Positions 26,270-38,700 of a stretch of DNA of 64,000 nt are shown in pieces. Below the pieces are notes generated by a model, which ran no database searches, was not told where the DNA came from, and worked only from the letters and a program-made list of their open reading frames with translations. Made by a program: the position numbers and the translations under genes. The stretch is taken from assembly GCF_011386835.1 (NCBI RefSeq), contig NC_088794.1, forward strand, positions 11,346,001 to 11,410,000, read 5' to 3'. Source of the stretch: Chrysemys picta bellii (Eukaryota). Position 1 is the first letter of the stretch. Each line of letters opens with the position of its first letter.

Positions 26270-27365
26270 GGTGACGTTCCCCTCTGGAGTTATCTGGACT
26301 GGTGATCTGCTAGGTCAATCAAGTCCTTGACTCTGGGAGCCAGCCTTACCCTGCTCTGCTGTGAGAACCCCCACTCCTGGGCTGTTCACACACAGCCTCT
26401 GGCATGTAAGCTGCTTGGATTGTGCAACCGAATGACACTAGCCAATATCTCCAGTCCCAGACACAACCCTAGGAACCTCTGTCTTGCAGCGTCCAGTTCT
26501 GCCCGCTGGATGTTGCAAGCTTATATAAGTTTGTCAATTTAACAAAGAAATTGATATGTACCAGGCTTGTTATCCCAAGGGGAGTTTCTGACATGCTTCA
26601 AACCAAACGCACTGCTTCAGGTAGAATAAACAAAACAAATGTATTAACTATAAAGATAGATTTTAAGTGGTTATAAATCTAAGCAGAACAAGTCAGAGTT
26701 GGTCAAATGAAATAAAAGCAAAACGCATTCTAAGCTGATCTTAACACTTTCAATGCCCTTACAAACTTAAATGCTTCTCGCCACAGGCTGGCTGGTTGCT
26801 CTTCAGACAGGCTCTCCCCTTTGATCAGCGCTTCAGTCACTTGGTGGTGATGGCTGTAGATGTAGGTGGAAGAGAGAGGAAGAGCATGGCAAACGTCTCT
26901 TCCTTTTATCATGTTCTTTCCTCCCTCTTCGCTTTGCCCCCACCCCCTTCAGAGTCAGGTGAGCATTACTCGGAGTCTCTCCAAGCAAGGTTGAACAATG
27001 CCACTGGTGTGGCCTCATGCAGGTGAGTCATTGCATTGTGGCCCCCTTGCTGGACAATGGTTGTTGATGATTGTTTGACACCCCACCTGGGTCTTGGTTA
27101 CTTTCCTTGCTGTTGCCTCTGGGGAGCTAATATCTGGCTGATTCCCCCAACTTACAGCATGTTTTGGTGACAACCATACTACACAATCCTCATCACTTCA
27201 TATGCATTAATGATATACATATATGGATAGAGAAATGACTTTCAGCAGATCATAACCTTTCCCCTGATACCTTACAAGGCATCTTTTATACGTAAGATCA
27301 CGATTATATGAAAATGAGGAAGGTGGGGGTTACAGCACGCTCCCCCCTAGGCATAGAATGTCACA
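26270..27365 (-). mobile_element. Solo LTR (1096 bp), Gypsy/ERV type
   Basis: 5-bp TSD AACAC at 26265-26269 and 27366-27370; termini (G)GTGAC...GTCACA. Confidence 0.85.
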
Positions 27366-27379
27366 AACACCTCCTTTTA

Positions 27380-28104
27380 TGTTGCATTGTTACCCAGTGG
27401 GGAAAAAGGACAGTTTGTTCTCTGGACAGGCTGGGAGACATCAGTGTGAATGTTATGTGGCTGCCTGAGTGGGTCATTAAAAAGGAAGAACTGGCTGAGG
27501 GTGGCCCCCTAAGACAGCAAATCCACTCACCAGGACACGGACACCTAGCAGCCTGTGCCCCAGAGGGGAATGGATTTCCCCACCGCTCAGCAGGGAGGCT
27601 GAGCAAACCCCCCAGCTGGAGAACAAAGGGCTGGGAAGGTGGGGTTAGGAGCTGGCTGTGGGAAGGAGTCGGGGCTCTCACCTGGGAACTGACCACGGAG
27701 GTCAGACTGAGACAGAGCCTGAACAGAGGTGTTCACCGCAGCTTGGCTGGGCTCTGGGCGGAGCAGGACGGACTTGGGCCGGGCTTTAACCTTCATTTCT
27801 CTGTGCTCACCTACGGCCCTCCTGTGCAGCTGACTGCTGAACCCGGCTGTTTTGACAACACTGAGTGTCACCACAAATACGTAATGAGGGGCATTAAGTC
27901 TGTGCCGGGAGTCTGTCCCAGCTGGGCTTACTGAACTGAGCTCACAGGGTGAGGCAGGACGGTCAGTCACAGGAGGCGGTGAGGCCCAATGGCCTGCCCT
28001 TAAGGAAGGGTGAGACCCTTTGGGGGTCTGGCACACTAAAGGGTTCCTCCAAGAGACTGTTCCAAAGCTGGGGGTGTAGCACCGATTCTGTGGATCCACA
28101 TCAC
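27380..28104 (+). mobile_element. Degraded LTR fragment
   Basis: Resembles turtle LTR families from memory (ends ...ctgtggatcc..caca); 5' end and TSD not defined. Confidence 0.5.
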
Positions 28105-28430
28105 ACAGGGACAGACACACACCATGCACAACCACACACCATGCGGTGTCACACACAACCACAGATACCCCATGCACCTACACAGGGACAGACACACACC
28201 TTGCACAGCCACATACAGGCTACCACAACCACACCAGGCACAGCTGCACATGCACAACCTCACACACAAAGCCACATATGCATGTTTACACATAAACACC
28301 ATGTACAACCACCCACCGTGCACAACCACACACACACCCACTCTCCATGCACAACCATACGTACACACACACAATCACATGCACAGCTATACACACACAT
28401 GAATGTGCACATGCAGCACAACCACACAGG
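28105..28430. repeat. CA-rich simple repeat (cacaaccacac variants)
   Basis: Directly visible; produces His/Thr and Val/Cys-rich spurious ORFs. Confidence 0.85.
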
Positions 28431-28839
28431 CCGGCCAGGGGAGGGGGCACCTGTGGGTGGCACCCGGGGAGTTAAAGGTTGAGCTGTAGCTTGTGTTTGC
28501 GCAGCTGGACTCATCACAGCAGCTAAAGGCTGGTCAGTGGCCAATGAGAAACTGGGAGGGGGGAGGGCTCCAACTGCACCAGGGGGCTGTGGGAGACATA
28601 AAGGGAAGAGTGAGACACCCCCCCCCCCCAGTGTGATCCTGATGCTTCTCAAGGGCAACCCACACTAGTGAGATCCGCCTGCTGCCAGTATATGCTCCAG
28701 CCAACCTGGTCTTTTCCTCTGTTCTCCCTGCCCCACTTTCTTCTCTTCTCTTCTGTCCCATTTGGAATCTCCACTCTGTTCTTCCCCACATCCTTCTCCC
28801 TCTGCTCTCTCCCAGTCTCTCTCCTCTAACCACTCCTTC

Positions 28840-30620
28840 CTTCTCTCACTCCTTTTTTCAGTTCATTCTTTCCTTTCCATCACTCTTTCTTTCTTTTTCT
28901 TTCTTTCTTTCTTTCTTTCTTTCTCCTTTTAATTTGTTCTTTCTTTCCTTCTCTAATGCATTCTTTTATTTCTATAGTTCATTCTTTAATTCTTTTTCTC
29001 ACTCATTTCTTTTTCCTTTGCTTTCTTTCCTTAATCCTTCTTTCTTTCATTTATTCCATCTTTCACTTGGTTCTTTCTTTCCTTCTTTAATTCCTTTTCT
29101 GTTTTGCTCATTCTTTATTTCATTCTTTTTTTTACTTGTTCATTCTTTCCTTCTTTAGTTCTTTCCTTCATTCCTTTGTTTTTTTCTAACATTTTTCACT
29201 CATTTTTCTTTCCTTCTTTAGTTCATCCTGTATTTTGTTTCTTCCGTCTTTTGTTCATTCTTTAATTCTTTCACAGGAGCATAAGCATGGCCAGACTTGG
29301 TCAGACCAACGGCCCATCTATCTCTGTGTCCTGTTGTCCAACAGTGTTCAGTGCTTCAGAGGGAATGAACAGAACAGGGCAATTATCAAGTGATCCTTCC
29401 CCTGTCATCCAGTCCCAGCTGCTGGCAGTTGGAGATCTAGGGACATCCACAGCATGGGGTTGAACCCTTGACCATCTTGGCCAATAGCCATTGATGGGCC
29501 TATCCTCCATGAACTTACCTAATTCCTTTTTGAACCCAGTTGTAGTTTTGGCCTTCATAACATCGCCTGGCACCGACTTCCACAGGTTGACTGTGCATTG
29601 TGTGAAAAAATACTTCCTTTCCTTAGGTGACCCCTGGTTCTCATGTTATGCGAACACTTCCTTATTCACTTTCTCCACATCAGTCCTGATACTATAGACC
29701 TCTATCATGTCCCCCCTTAATCGTTTCTTTTTTAAGCTGAACAGTCCCAGTCTTTTTAATCTCACCCCATATGGAAGCTGTTCCATACCCCTAATAATTT
29801 TTGTTACCCTTCTCTGTACCTTTTCCAATTCTAATATCTTTTTTGAGATGGGGAGACCAGAGCTGCCTGCAGTATTCAAGATGTGGCCGTGCCATGGATT
29901 TACATAGCAGCATTATGATATTTTCTGTCTTATTATCTACCCCTTTCCTAACGGTTCCTAACACTGTTCGCTTTTTTGACTGCCAGTTCACATGGAGCAG
30001 ATATTTTCGGAGACCTACCATGATGACTCCAAGGTCTTCCTCGAGTGGTAACAACTTATTTAGACCCCATCATTTTGGAAAACATAATCTCAACTCTACA
30101 TACAATGTGCATTATTTTGCATTTATCAACACTGAATTTCCTCCAATTCGTTTTTGGCTTGTTTTTTCTTGAATTCATTCTTTTTCACTCATCCTTTCCT
30201 TCTTTAGTTTGTTCTTTCATTTCTTCTCTTTCATTCATTCTGTAATTCTTTTGCTCATTCTGTGTTTCCTCCTTCAATTTGTTCTTTGTTGCTGGTTCTT
30301 TCTTTAATTCATTTTTTCACTCATACATTCTTTCCTTCTTCAGTTCGTTCTTTCTTTCATTCTTTTTGTAACTCACTCTCTTTCCTTCTTTAGTTTATTC
30401 TTTCATTTCTTCCGTCTTTCATTCTTTCTTTAATTCTTTCACTGATTGTTTATTTCCTCCTTCAATTCACTTTTTGCCTGTTCTTTTTTTAATTTGGTCT
30501 TTTATTCACTCTTTTTTTGCTCATTCGTTCTTTCAGTCTTTCTTTAACTTGTTCATTCTTTTATTCATTCTTCCATTCCCCCTTTATTTTGTTCTTTGCC
30601 TCTTTAGCTCCTTCATATTT
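28840..30620. repeat. Long TC-rich low-complexity tract (ttctttcattc), split by a CR1
   Basis: Nearly purine-free blocks at ~28840-29275 and ~30140-30620. Confidence 0.85.
29279..30140 (-). mobile_element. CR1 LINE 3' fragment
   Basis: Minus-strand peptides [45 protein letters not shown] and [19 protein letters not shown] are CR1 ORF2. Confidence 0.95.
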
Positions 30621-30685
30621 CCTTATTCTTCATATCCCTCTCCTGGCTCTCTCTCTCTCGCACATACATTCAGAGTTGATGCCCT

Positions 30686-30901
30686 TATAAAGCAGACTAC
30701 ACATGCTCTTTTCACTTCCTGCACTGCACACACAAGCGCTCTTCAACTCCCGCTCAGCCGTTTATAACCCCAGCTGTTGGCAAACAGCAGGCAAAAAAAC
30801 AAACTGCTTAGCCAGTGGCTTGAGGCAGAGGGAGAGTTTGCTTGATCTCTCCTTGCCTCCGGATCACCGAGCCCCCGGCCCAGACCCCTTTCGCCAGGAG
30901 G
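30686..30901 (+). promoter_or_regulatory. Putative SLC43A1 promoter and non-coding exon 1
   Basis: TATAAA 30686-30691, TATAA 30763-30767, ETS-IRF-like TTTTCACTTCCT 30709-30720, E-box CAGCTG at 30771, consensus donor G|GTAAGT after 30901; acceptor before 32777 precedes the ATG at 32791. Confidence 0.5.
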
Positions 30902-32394
30902 GTAAGTTTGGGGGAGAGCTGCCAAGGGGGAGCGGTGGCTGGGGACGGGGCCAGCTGGGCCAAGGGAACTGGAGTGTGTCACACGTGTGTGACTGGGGCA
31001 AAGCGATCGTTGTGCAGCCCACGTGGCAGGGCAGCCAGGCCAGGCGCAGCCCAGCCCTGTATTGATTCTGGGCTATTTTTGGGGAGGGGCAGGGCCATGT
31101 GGCTGGCTGTGCTGGAGCAGGAAGCGAAGGTGAGGGGGACTTGCGGAGGCTGCTGGGTGGGGGGAGGCCATGCTGGAGAGGGGGCTTGAGTGGATTACGG
31201 AGCTGGGACGTTGGAGGGATGGGGGCTCTGGAGGGGAGACTCCTGCGATGGGGGTACCCCAGAGTGCTGTCAGCTGTCAGAGAAGCCTGACATGAGAATC
31301 CTGGCAGCTGCGGCCCAGTACCTCCACTCCCGCCAGGGGGTCGTGGGACAGCGCAGGGGCAGGGCAAGCCCCTCGGGGCTGATCTTCCCCCAGGGCACAA
31401 ATCTTTGGCTGGACCATCCCCCTGTGAGGGAGCAGTGGGGCCCCTGGCCCTTCCTCCGGGGGGCTATTCCCTTTTGAAACCATTTCCCCCCCTAAATTCC
31501 TCTTTCTTAACCTTCTCTCATCCCACCTTTGGAGCTTTGCAAACTCAACAGAGCCCCAAACATTTTATCTCCCCTTGGAAATGAGCCCCGTGTAGGATCA
31601 GCCCCGGGCCAAGGGCAAGCCTGGGCGGGATGGTGTGGTTTCCAGCCCCATGTCGCTCCGGCCCCTTCACTCCAGCTTCCAAACTTGTGCCTCATTTCAG
31701 GGAGCGCTGCCCCACTCCCCCACCTTGGTCTCCTTCACAGTCTCTGCCCCCAGCCCCGGCGGGGGGGTGCCTGGCTCTGGGATCGGGTTGCTCCAGCTGG
31801 ATTGGCTGTCGCTTTCCTCAGTGCTTAATTTGTGCCAGAGCTCAATTTCCCCCAGTGCTTAATTTGTGCCCTGGCACCTTCGGGCTTGGCAGTTCATGGC
31901 CCCCCACATCGCTGGGCTTGGCAGTTCATAGCCCCCGCATCGCACCTCTGAGTTTGCCTTGTCAGTTAAGAAAGCAAAACAATTGCTTGAGCCCCGGCAC
32001 CTCTTTCGTTACAAATCAAGCACTGGCTTTCCCATGTGAAATCCCGTGTTGGTATTTCAGAGAGTCACAGATCCCAAGGCCAGTCCAGCCCACTGCGACC
32101 AGCTCGTCTGACCTCCAGCTGCCCTGACCGAGTTCGTGTTTGAACGAGAGCAAGACCAGGTGGGTGAGATTACCCCGCTCATTGGACCAACTTCTGTCCA
32201 GTTTTCCAGCTCTACAGAGACCAGCACAGCTACTGTGACCCTGCAAACACGGCGGAGCTAGAGCAGATCTAGAAAAACAGTCAGTCTCCATTTCCTGCCC
32301 AGGTGGACTAGCTCTCCCGGCCCTGGTGGGTGTTTCCCCGGCCTCACTCGTAGCATCTGTGACTTTCAATAGGAGGAAGGATGGCCCAGGGGTT

Positions 32395-32515
32395 AGGGTG
32401 CTAGCCTGGGACTGGGTAGACCTCGATTCAGTGCCTTGCTCTGCCACAGACCTGGGGCAGGTCACTTGGCCTTTCCGTGCCTCAGTTTCCTCATCTGTAC
32501 AATAGGGATAATTGG
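32395..32515 (+). mobile_element. MIR/CORE-SINE fragment
   Basis: cctggggcaggtcacttggcctttccgtgcctcagtttcctcatctgtacaatagggataat is a CORE-like match. Confidence 0.7.
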
Positions 32516-32790
32516 CTGGTCTGTGTGAGGATACAAAGGCATTGAGGGGCTGAGACACAATGGGCCAGGTAAGTCTCTAAGACAGATGGATACTGTGCTG
32601 TTTACTCCCTCTTCCAGACTGGTATGGCAGAGGTTAAATAAGACCAGATCCCTGCAGCCCCACCCTCCTATGCTTTGCCATTTATTTAGAGAGGGGAGGG
32701 GCAAGGAGAGAAAGTGGGAGGGGGCAAGCAGGAGATGGGAGGGGCAAAGAATGAGCCAGTCGCTCTGTGTCCCCAGCCCGTGGAGCCGGG

Positions 32791-35700
32791 ATGGCGCTGA
32801 CGCTGCAGCAGGCGTACCATCGGCGCTGGTGGATGGCGTGCACCGCCATCCTGGAGAACCTCTTCTTCTCCGCCGTGCTGCTGGGCTGGGGCTCCCTGCT
32901 TATCATGCTCAAGCATGAAGGCTTCTACTCTAACATGTGCACAGGTGAGAAGGGCGGGGCACAGAGAGAGTGGGAGGGACCAAGCTGGAGAGGAGAGGGG
33001 AAGATCAAAGAGAAAGTGGGAGGGGCCAAACATGAAAGGGGAAGGACAATAACATGGGAGGGGCCAAGCAGGAGAAGGGTGGGGGGTGATATGAGGCGTG
33101 GAGGGCAAAGGGAAGTAATGGGAGTGGGCAATCAGGGGATGAGCCGATATTAGGAGGGGCGTGGCCAAGCAGGGGAGGGGTGGAGCCTGAGATGGGGTGG
33201 GTGGAGCCACGGGAAGATGTTGGAATGGGCACGTGTGGGAATGTGGGTGTATCTGGGGCATGGCCAGGGCTCAGACCCTGCAGAGGCTCCACAGAGCTGG
33301 GTTCCTCCCCAGATCAGCCAGGCTGGTCCTGGCCCCTCGTCCCAAGTGGGTGGGACAGGCCCTGCGGAGTGGATGGGTCTGACAGGGTCTGGGTCGCTCT
33401 GCCTGCCACGAGAGACAGCCAGCCACACACAGCCTGGAGAGGGACAGACGGACCTGTGGGAGATTGACGGGCACCATGCCATTGGCGCCTCCCACCAACC
33501 CCAACTGCTTAGGGCCAGGCCCCCCTCAACGGGCCCCGGGCACTGATGTACCCGTCTGCCCCGTGCCAGGCTGTGCTGGGACTCATCCTGCCTTGGCCCC
33601 CCTGACACCCACCCCATGGGGCTGCAGCATGCCCATGGACAGGGTGACAGCGAGACCGGCGCTTGGCACAGACCCCACCAGGTGTGGTGCCATACAGCAT
33701 TCCTGAGCCAGGGCTGGGAGGCTGGAGACCCTCAGGGACTCCTCTGCCTCACCCCTGCCCCCAATGGGATCCCGCTCCCCGCATGGGAACCCCTGCCCCT
33801 CCCATCCCCCCTTGCCTCCTGTCCCCCCATGGGAACGGTCAAGGCTGAATCCCCACTCTGTCACTCCGAGTGCAGAAATCAGGGGCAGCTCTATGTTTTT
33901 TGCTGCCCCAAGCACGGCAGGCAGGTGGCTTTTGGCCTGCGGGAAGTCCGCTGGTAACGTGGATTCGGCGGCATGCCTGCAGGAGGTTCACCGATCCCGC
34001 GGCTAGCCGCCGCCGAAGCCGCGGGACTGGCGGACTTCCAGCAGGCATTCCGCCGAACTGCTGCCCTCACGGCGACTGGCAGGCTGCCCCCCGCAGCTTG
34101 CCGCCCCAGGCACGTGCTTGGTGCGCTGGTGCCTGGAGCCACCCCTGGCAGAAATGGGGGCCCGCATGGATTTTAAAAATTAATATTGGCCACTCCAGGC
34201 TTGTATTAAACTCCCAAGATTACAGCTTTTCTCTGACCTTGGCTTGGTAAATGCTGCCACCACCCAAATGCAAAACCCCCCTTTGAACCCAGGAAGGAGC
34301 ACTTGGGAATTCCTCCCTGTGGGGCACCCTCAAGCCCTTTCACCCCCACTCCGGGGAAGAGCTGAGAAAGAAAACAAAGGAAATTAGCTGTGGCTACCAG
34401 CTAATTAAACAACCTGCACAAACTTTTTTGGACACCAAAAATCCAATCCTGTTCTTAAACCAGGTACATTTTATTAAAAACAAAAAGGGAAAAAAATTAC
34501 ATCTGGAACTTAGGCTTTTTGCTAGATCTTAAAAGAAACAAGTATACAAATCAAGCACCCAAAACAGCTTTCTTGGGGGTTCAGCTTAAAGGTTTCAAGC
34601 AAACAAAAGCATCCGGGATTAGCACAGAGGAGATCCACAAGCCAAAAGGAAGAAAATAACCTGATCGCATCTAGCTAAACACTCTGATCTACTTACACAT
34701 GTGGAGTTCAGAGAAGTAGTTCTAGGCGTGACCTGATGATTTGTGATCATACCTGGCTTAGCTGCTGATAGCACAGCTGCTCTGTCCCTCCAGCCCAGAG
34801 AACAACAGACAAAGGCAAAGTTTCTTTCCCAATTTAAAAAAGTTCTACCTTCCCATTGGCTCTTTTGGTCAGGTGCCCACTTTCTTCCCTCTTTACCTGG
34901 GGGACTTTTTAACCTTTTGCAGGTAAAGCAAGTAAAGAACAGCTACCAAGAGGGATTTTACAGCTAACTGGCTGGCTGGGTGTCCATCCAAGGGAGCTAC
35001 CCCCCAACTTTACCTATCACAGGAACCCCGACCCTCCCCCTGACAGTCCCCTCCTCTCCCTTGCCTCCTGTCCCCCCATGGGAACCCTGACCCTCCACTG
35101 AGAGCCCCCTGCTCCTCCTTTGCCCCCTGTCCTCCATGGGGCCCCCTCAACCCCTAGTGAGACCCCCCACTGAGAGCCCTGCTTGAATCCCATGAAATCT
35201 CTTGCCTCCTGCTCTCCCATGGGACCAACCTCACCCCCATGGGACCCCTGTTCCCCCACTGAGAGCTTCCCTGCCCTCCATGAGCCTCCTTGCTCCCTGA
35301 CGAGACTCTCTGCTCCCCCAATAGCTTCTCCCGTGGGCCCCTGCCCAGCCATGGAGTGAGAGGTGGGTACGGCCCCCGGGGCAAGGGAGGTCAGGGTGGG
35401 AGTCTCCCCCCGGGGCTGGGGAGGGTCTGACGCTGCGAATGTCCCCAGGTGAAAACAGGACCAATGGCTCGGCTCTGGGGCTTCCCCCCCACCACTGGCC
35501 TAGCTGCGTGGAGCAGGAGGAGATGCTGAACCTGGGCTTCACCATCGGGTCCTTCCTGCTGAGCGCCGCCACCCTGCCCCTGGGGGTGCTCATGGACCGT
35601 CTGGGGCCCCGGCCCCTCCGCCTCCTCGGCAGGTGCGGGGCGGCCCGGGGGTCAGGAACCCCCGGGGGGAGTAGGGGTTGTGTGGAGATGGGATGGGGGC

Positions 35701-38700
35701 CATGGATTGGAAGCTGTGGCCCTGAGCAAACAGGGCTGGGTCCTAAGATGGGAGAGGTGTCTGGGAAGGTGCGGGGACAAGGTAAAGGGAGGGGGAGATG
35801 TCCACTGGGGATGTCCCAAGGTGGGGGGTGCCGGAGGTGCCCATGGTGGGGGCTGAGTCCTGTGGGGGTGGGGGCCTCAGGGATACGTGTAGAATGGCTA
35901 GATCTCAAGGTGTGGGCACTGGGGGAGATGTCCATGGGAATGGAGGGATCCCAGGGTTGGGGAGGGGCCCATAGGCTGGGAGTGCTCATTACTGCCCTGT
36001 GCCCCTGTAGTTTCAGCTTTGCTGTCTCCTGCGCTCTGATGGCCCTGGCTGCCTACGACCCCCCAGGTGAGGTGAGGGCGTCTCCCCGCAGCCCACAGTT
36101 CCCCACCCCCTTGTCTTCCCAGCAGCCCCACAATCTCCCCAACCTGTTTCCTGAACCTGATCCATACCTCCACTGACACAGTCCTCCATCTCCACTGCTT
36201 ATCTCACATTCTCCCATCCCCCCAAACCCACAGCCCCGCGCTCCTCCGCTCTCCTGTCCCCCCAAATCCCCAGCCCTGCGCTCCTCCGCTCTTCTGTCTC
36301 CCCAAATCCCCAGCCCCACACTCCTCCGCTCTCCCGTCCCCCCAAACCCCCAGCCCTGCGCTCCTCTGCTCTCCTGTCCCCCCCAAATCCCCAGCCCCGC
36401 ACTCCTCTGCTCTCCTGTCCCCCCAAACCCCCAGCCCCGTGCTCCTCCGCTCTCCCGTCCCCCCAAACCCACAGCCCCGCGCTCCTCCGCTCTTCTGTCC
36501 CCCCAAATCCCCAGCCCCGCACTCCTCTGCTCTCCTGTCCCCCCCAACCCCCAGCCCCGTGCTCCTCCGCTCTCCCGTCCCCCCAAACCCACAGCCCCAC
36601 GCTCCTCCGCTCTCCTGTCCCCCCAAACCCACAGCCCTGCGCTCCTCCGCTCTCCCGTCCCCCCAAACCCCCAGCCCCGCGCTCCTCCGCTCTCCCGTCC
36701 CCCCAAACCCACAGCCCCGCGCTCCTCCGCTCTCCCGTCCCCCCAAACCCACAGCCCTGCGCTCCTCTGCTCTCCTGTCCCCCCAAATCCCCAGCCCCGC
36801 ACTTGTCCGCTCTCCCGTCCCCCCAAACCCACAGCCCTGTGCTCCTCCGCTCTCCCGTCCCCCCAAACCCACAGCCCTGTGCTCCTCCGCTCTCCCGTCC
36901 CCCCAAACCCCCAGCCCCACGCTCCTCCGCTCTCCCGTCCCCCCAAACCCACAGCCCTGCGCTCCTCTGCTCTCCCGTCCCCAAATCCCCAGCCCCGCGC
37001 TCCTCTGCTCTCCCGTCCCCCCAAACCCACAGCCCTGCGCTCCTCTGCTCTCCTGTCCCCCCAAATCCCCAGCCCCGCACTTGTCCGCTCTCCCGTCCCC
37101 CCAAACCCACAGCCCTGTGCTCCTCCGCTCTCCCGTCCCCCCAAACCCCCAGCCCCACGCTCCTCCGCTCTCCCGTCCCCCCAAACCCACAGCCCTGTGC
37201 TCCTCCGCTCTCCCGTCCCCCCAAACCCCCAGCCCCGCGCTCCTCCGCTCTCCCGTCCCCCCAAATCCCCAGCCCCGCGCTCCTCCGCTTTCCCATCCCC
37301 AAATCCCCAGCACTGCGCTCCTCTGCTCTCCCATCCCCCCAAATCCCCAGCCCCGCGCTCCTCCGCTCTCCTGTCCTCCCAAACCCACAGCCCCGTGCTC
37401 CTCCGCTCTCCCGTCCCCCCAAACCCACAGCCCTGCGCTCCTCCGCTCTCCTGTCCCCCCAAATCCCCAGCCCCGCACTCCTCCGCTCTCCCGTCCCCCC
37501 AAACCCACAGCCCCGCGCTCCTCCGCTCTCCCGTCCCCCCAAACCCACAGCCCCGCGCTCCTCCGCTCTCCCGTCCCCAAATCCCCAGCCCCGCGCTCCT
37601 CCGCTCTCCCGTCCCCCCAAACCCCCAGCCCCACGCTCCTCCGCTCTCCCGTCCCCCCAAACCCACAGCCCTGCGCTCCTCTGCTCTCCTGTCCCCCCAA
37701 ATCCCCAGCCCCGCACTTGTCCGCTCTCCCGTCCCCCCAAACCCACAGCCCTGTGCTCCTCCGCTCTCCCGTCCCCCCAAACCCACAGCCCTGTGCTCCT
37801 CCGCTCTCCCGTCCCCCCAAACCCCCAGCCCCACGCTCCTCCGCTCTCCCGTCCCCCCAAACCCACAGCCCTGCGCTCCTCCGCTCTCCCGTCCCCAAAT
37901 CCCCAGCCCCGCGCTCCTCTGCTCTCCCGTCCCCCCAAACCCACAGCCCTGCGCTCCTCTGCTCTCCTGTCCCCCCAAATCCCCAGCCCCGCACTTGTCC
38001 GCTCTCCCGTCCCCCCAAACCCACAGCCCTGTGCTCCTCCGCTCTCCCGTCCCCCCAAACCCCCAGCCCCACGCTCCTCCGCTCTCCCGTCCCCCCAAAC
38101 CCACAGCCCTGTGCTCCTCCGCTCTCCCGTCCCCCCAAACCCCCAGCCCCGCGCTCCTCCGCTCTCCCGTCCCCCCAAATCCCCAGCCCCGCGCTCCTCC
38201 GCTCTCCTGTCCTCCCAAATCCCCAGCCCCGCGCTCCTCCGCTCTCCTGTCCTCCCAAACCCACAGCCCTGCGCTCCTCCGCTTTCCCATCCCCAAATCC
38301 CCAGCACTGCGCTCCTCCGCTCTCCCATCCCCCCAAACCCTCAGCCCTGCACTCCTCCGCTCTCCCGTCCCCAAATTCCCAGCCCCACGCTCCTCCGCTC
38401 TCCTGTCCTCCCAAACCCACAGTCCTGCGCTCCTCTGTTCTCCCATCCCCCCAAACCTCCAGCCCTGCGCTCCTCTGCTCTCCCATCCCCCAACCCCCCA
38501 GCCCTGCACTCCCATCCCCAAATCCCCAGCCCCGCACTCCTCCGCTCTCGTCCCCCCAAAGCCCCAGCCCTGCGCTCCTCCGTTCTCCCATCCCCCCCAA
38601 ACGTCCAGCCCTGCGCTCCTCCGCTCTCCTGTCGCCCCAAACCCCCAGCCCTGCGCTCCTCCGCTCTCCCATCCCCCCAAACCCCCAGCCCTGCGCTCCT

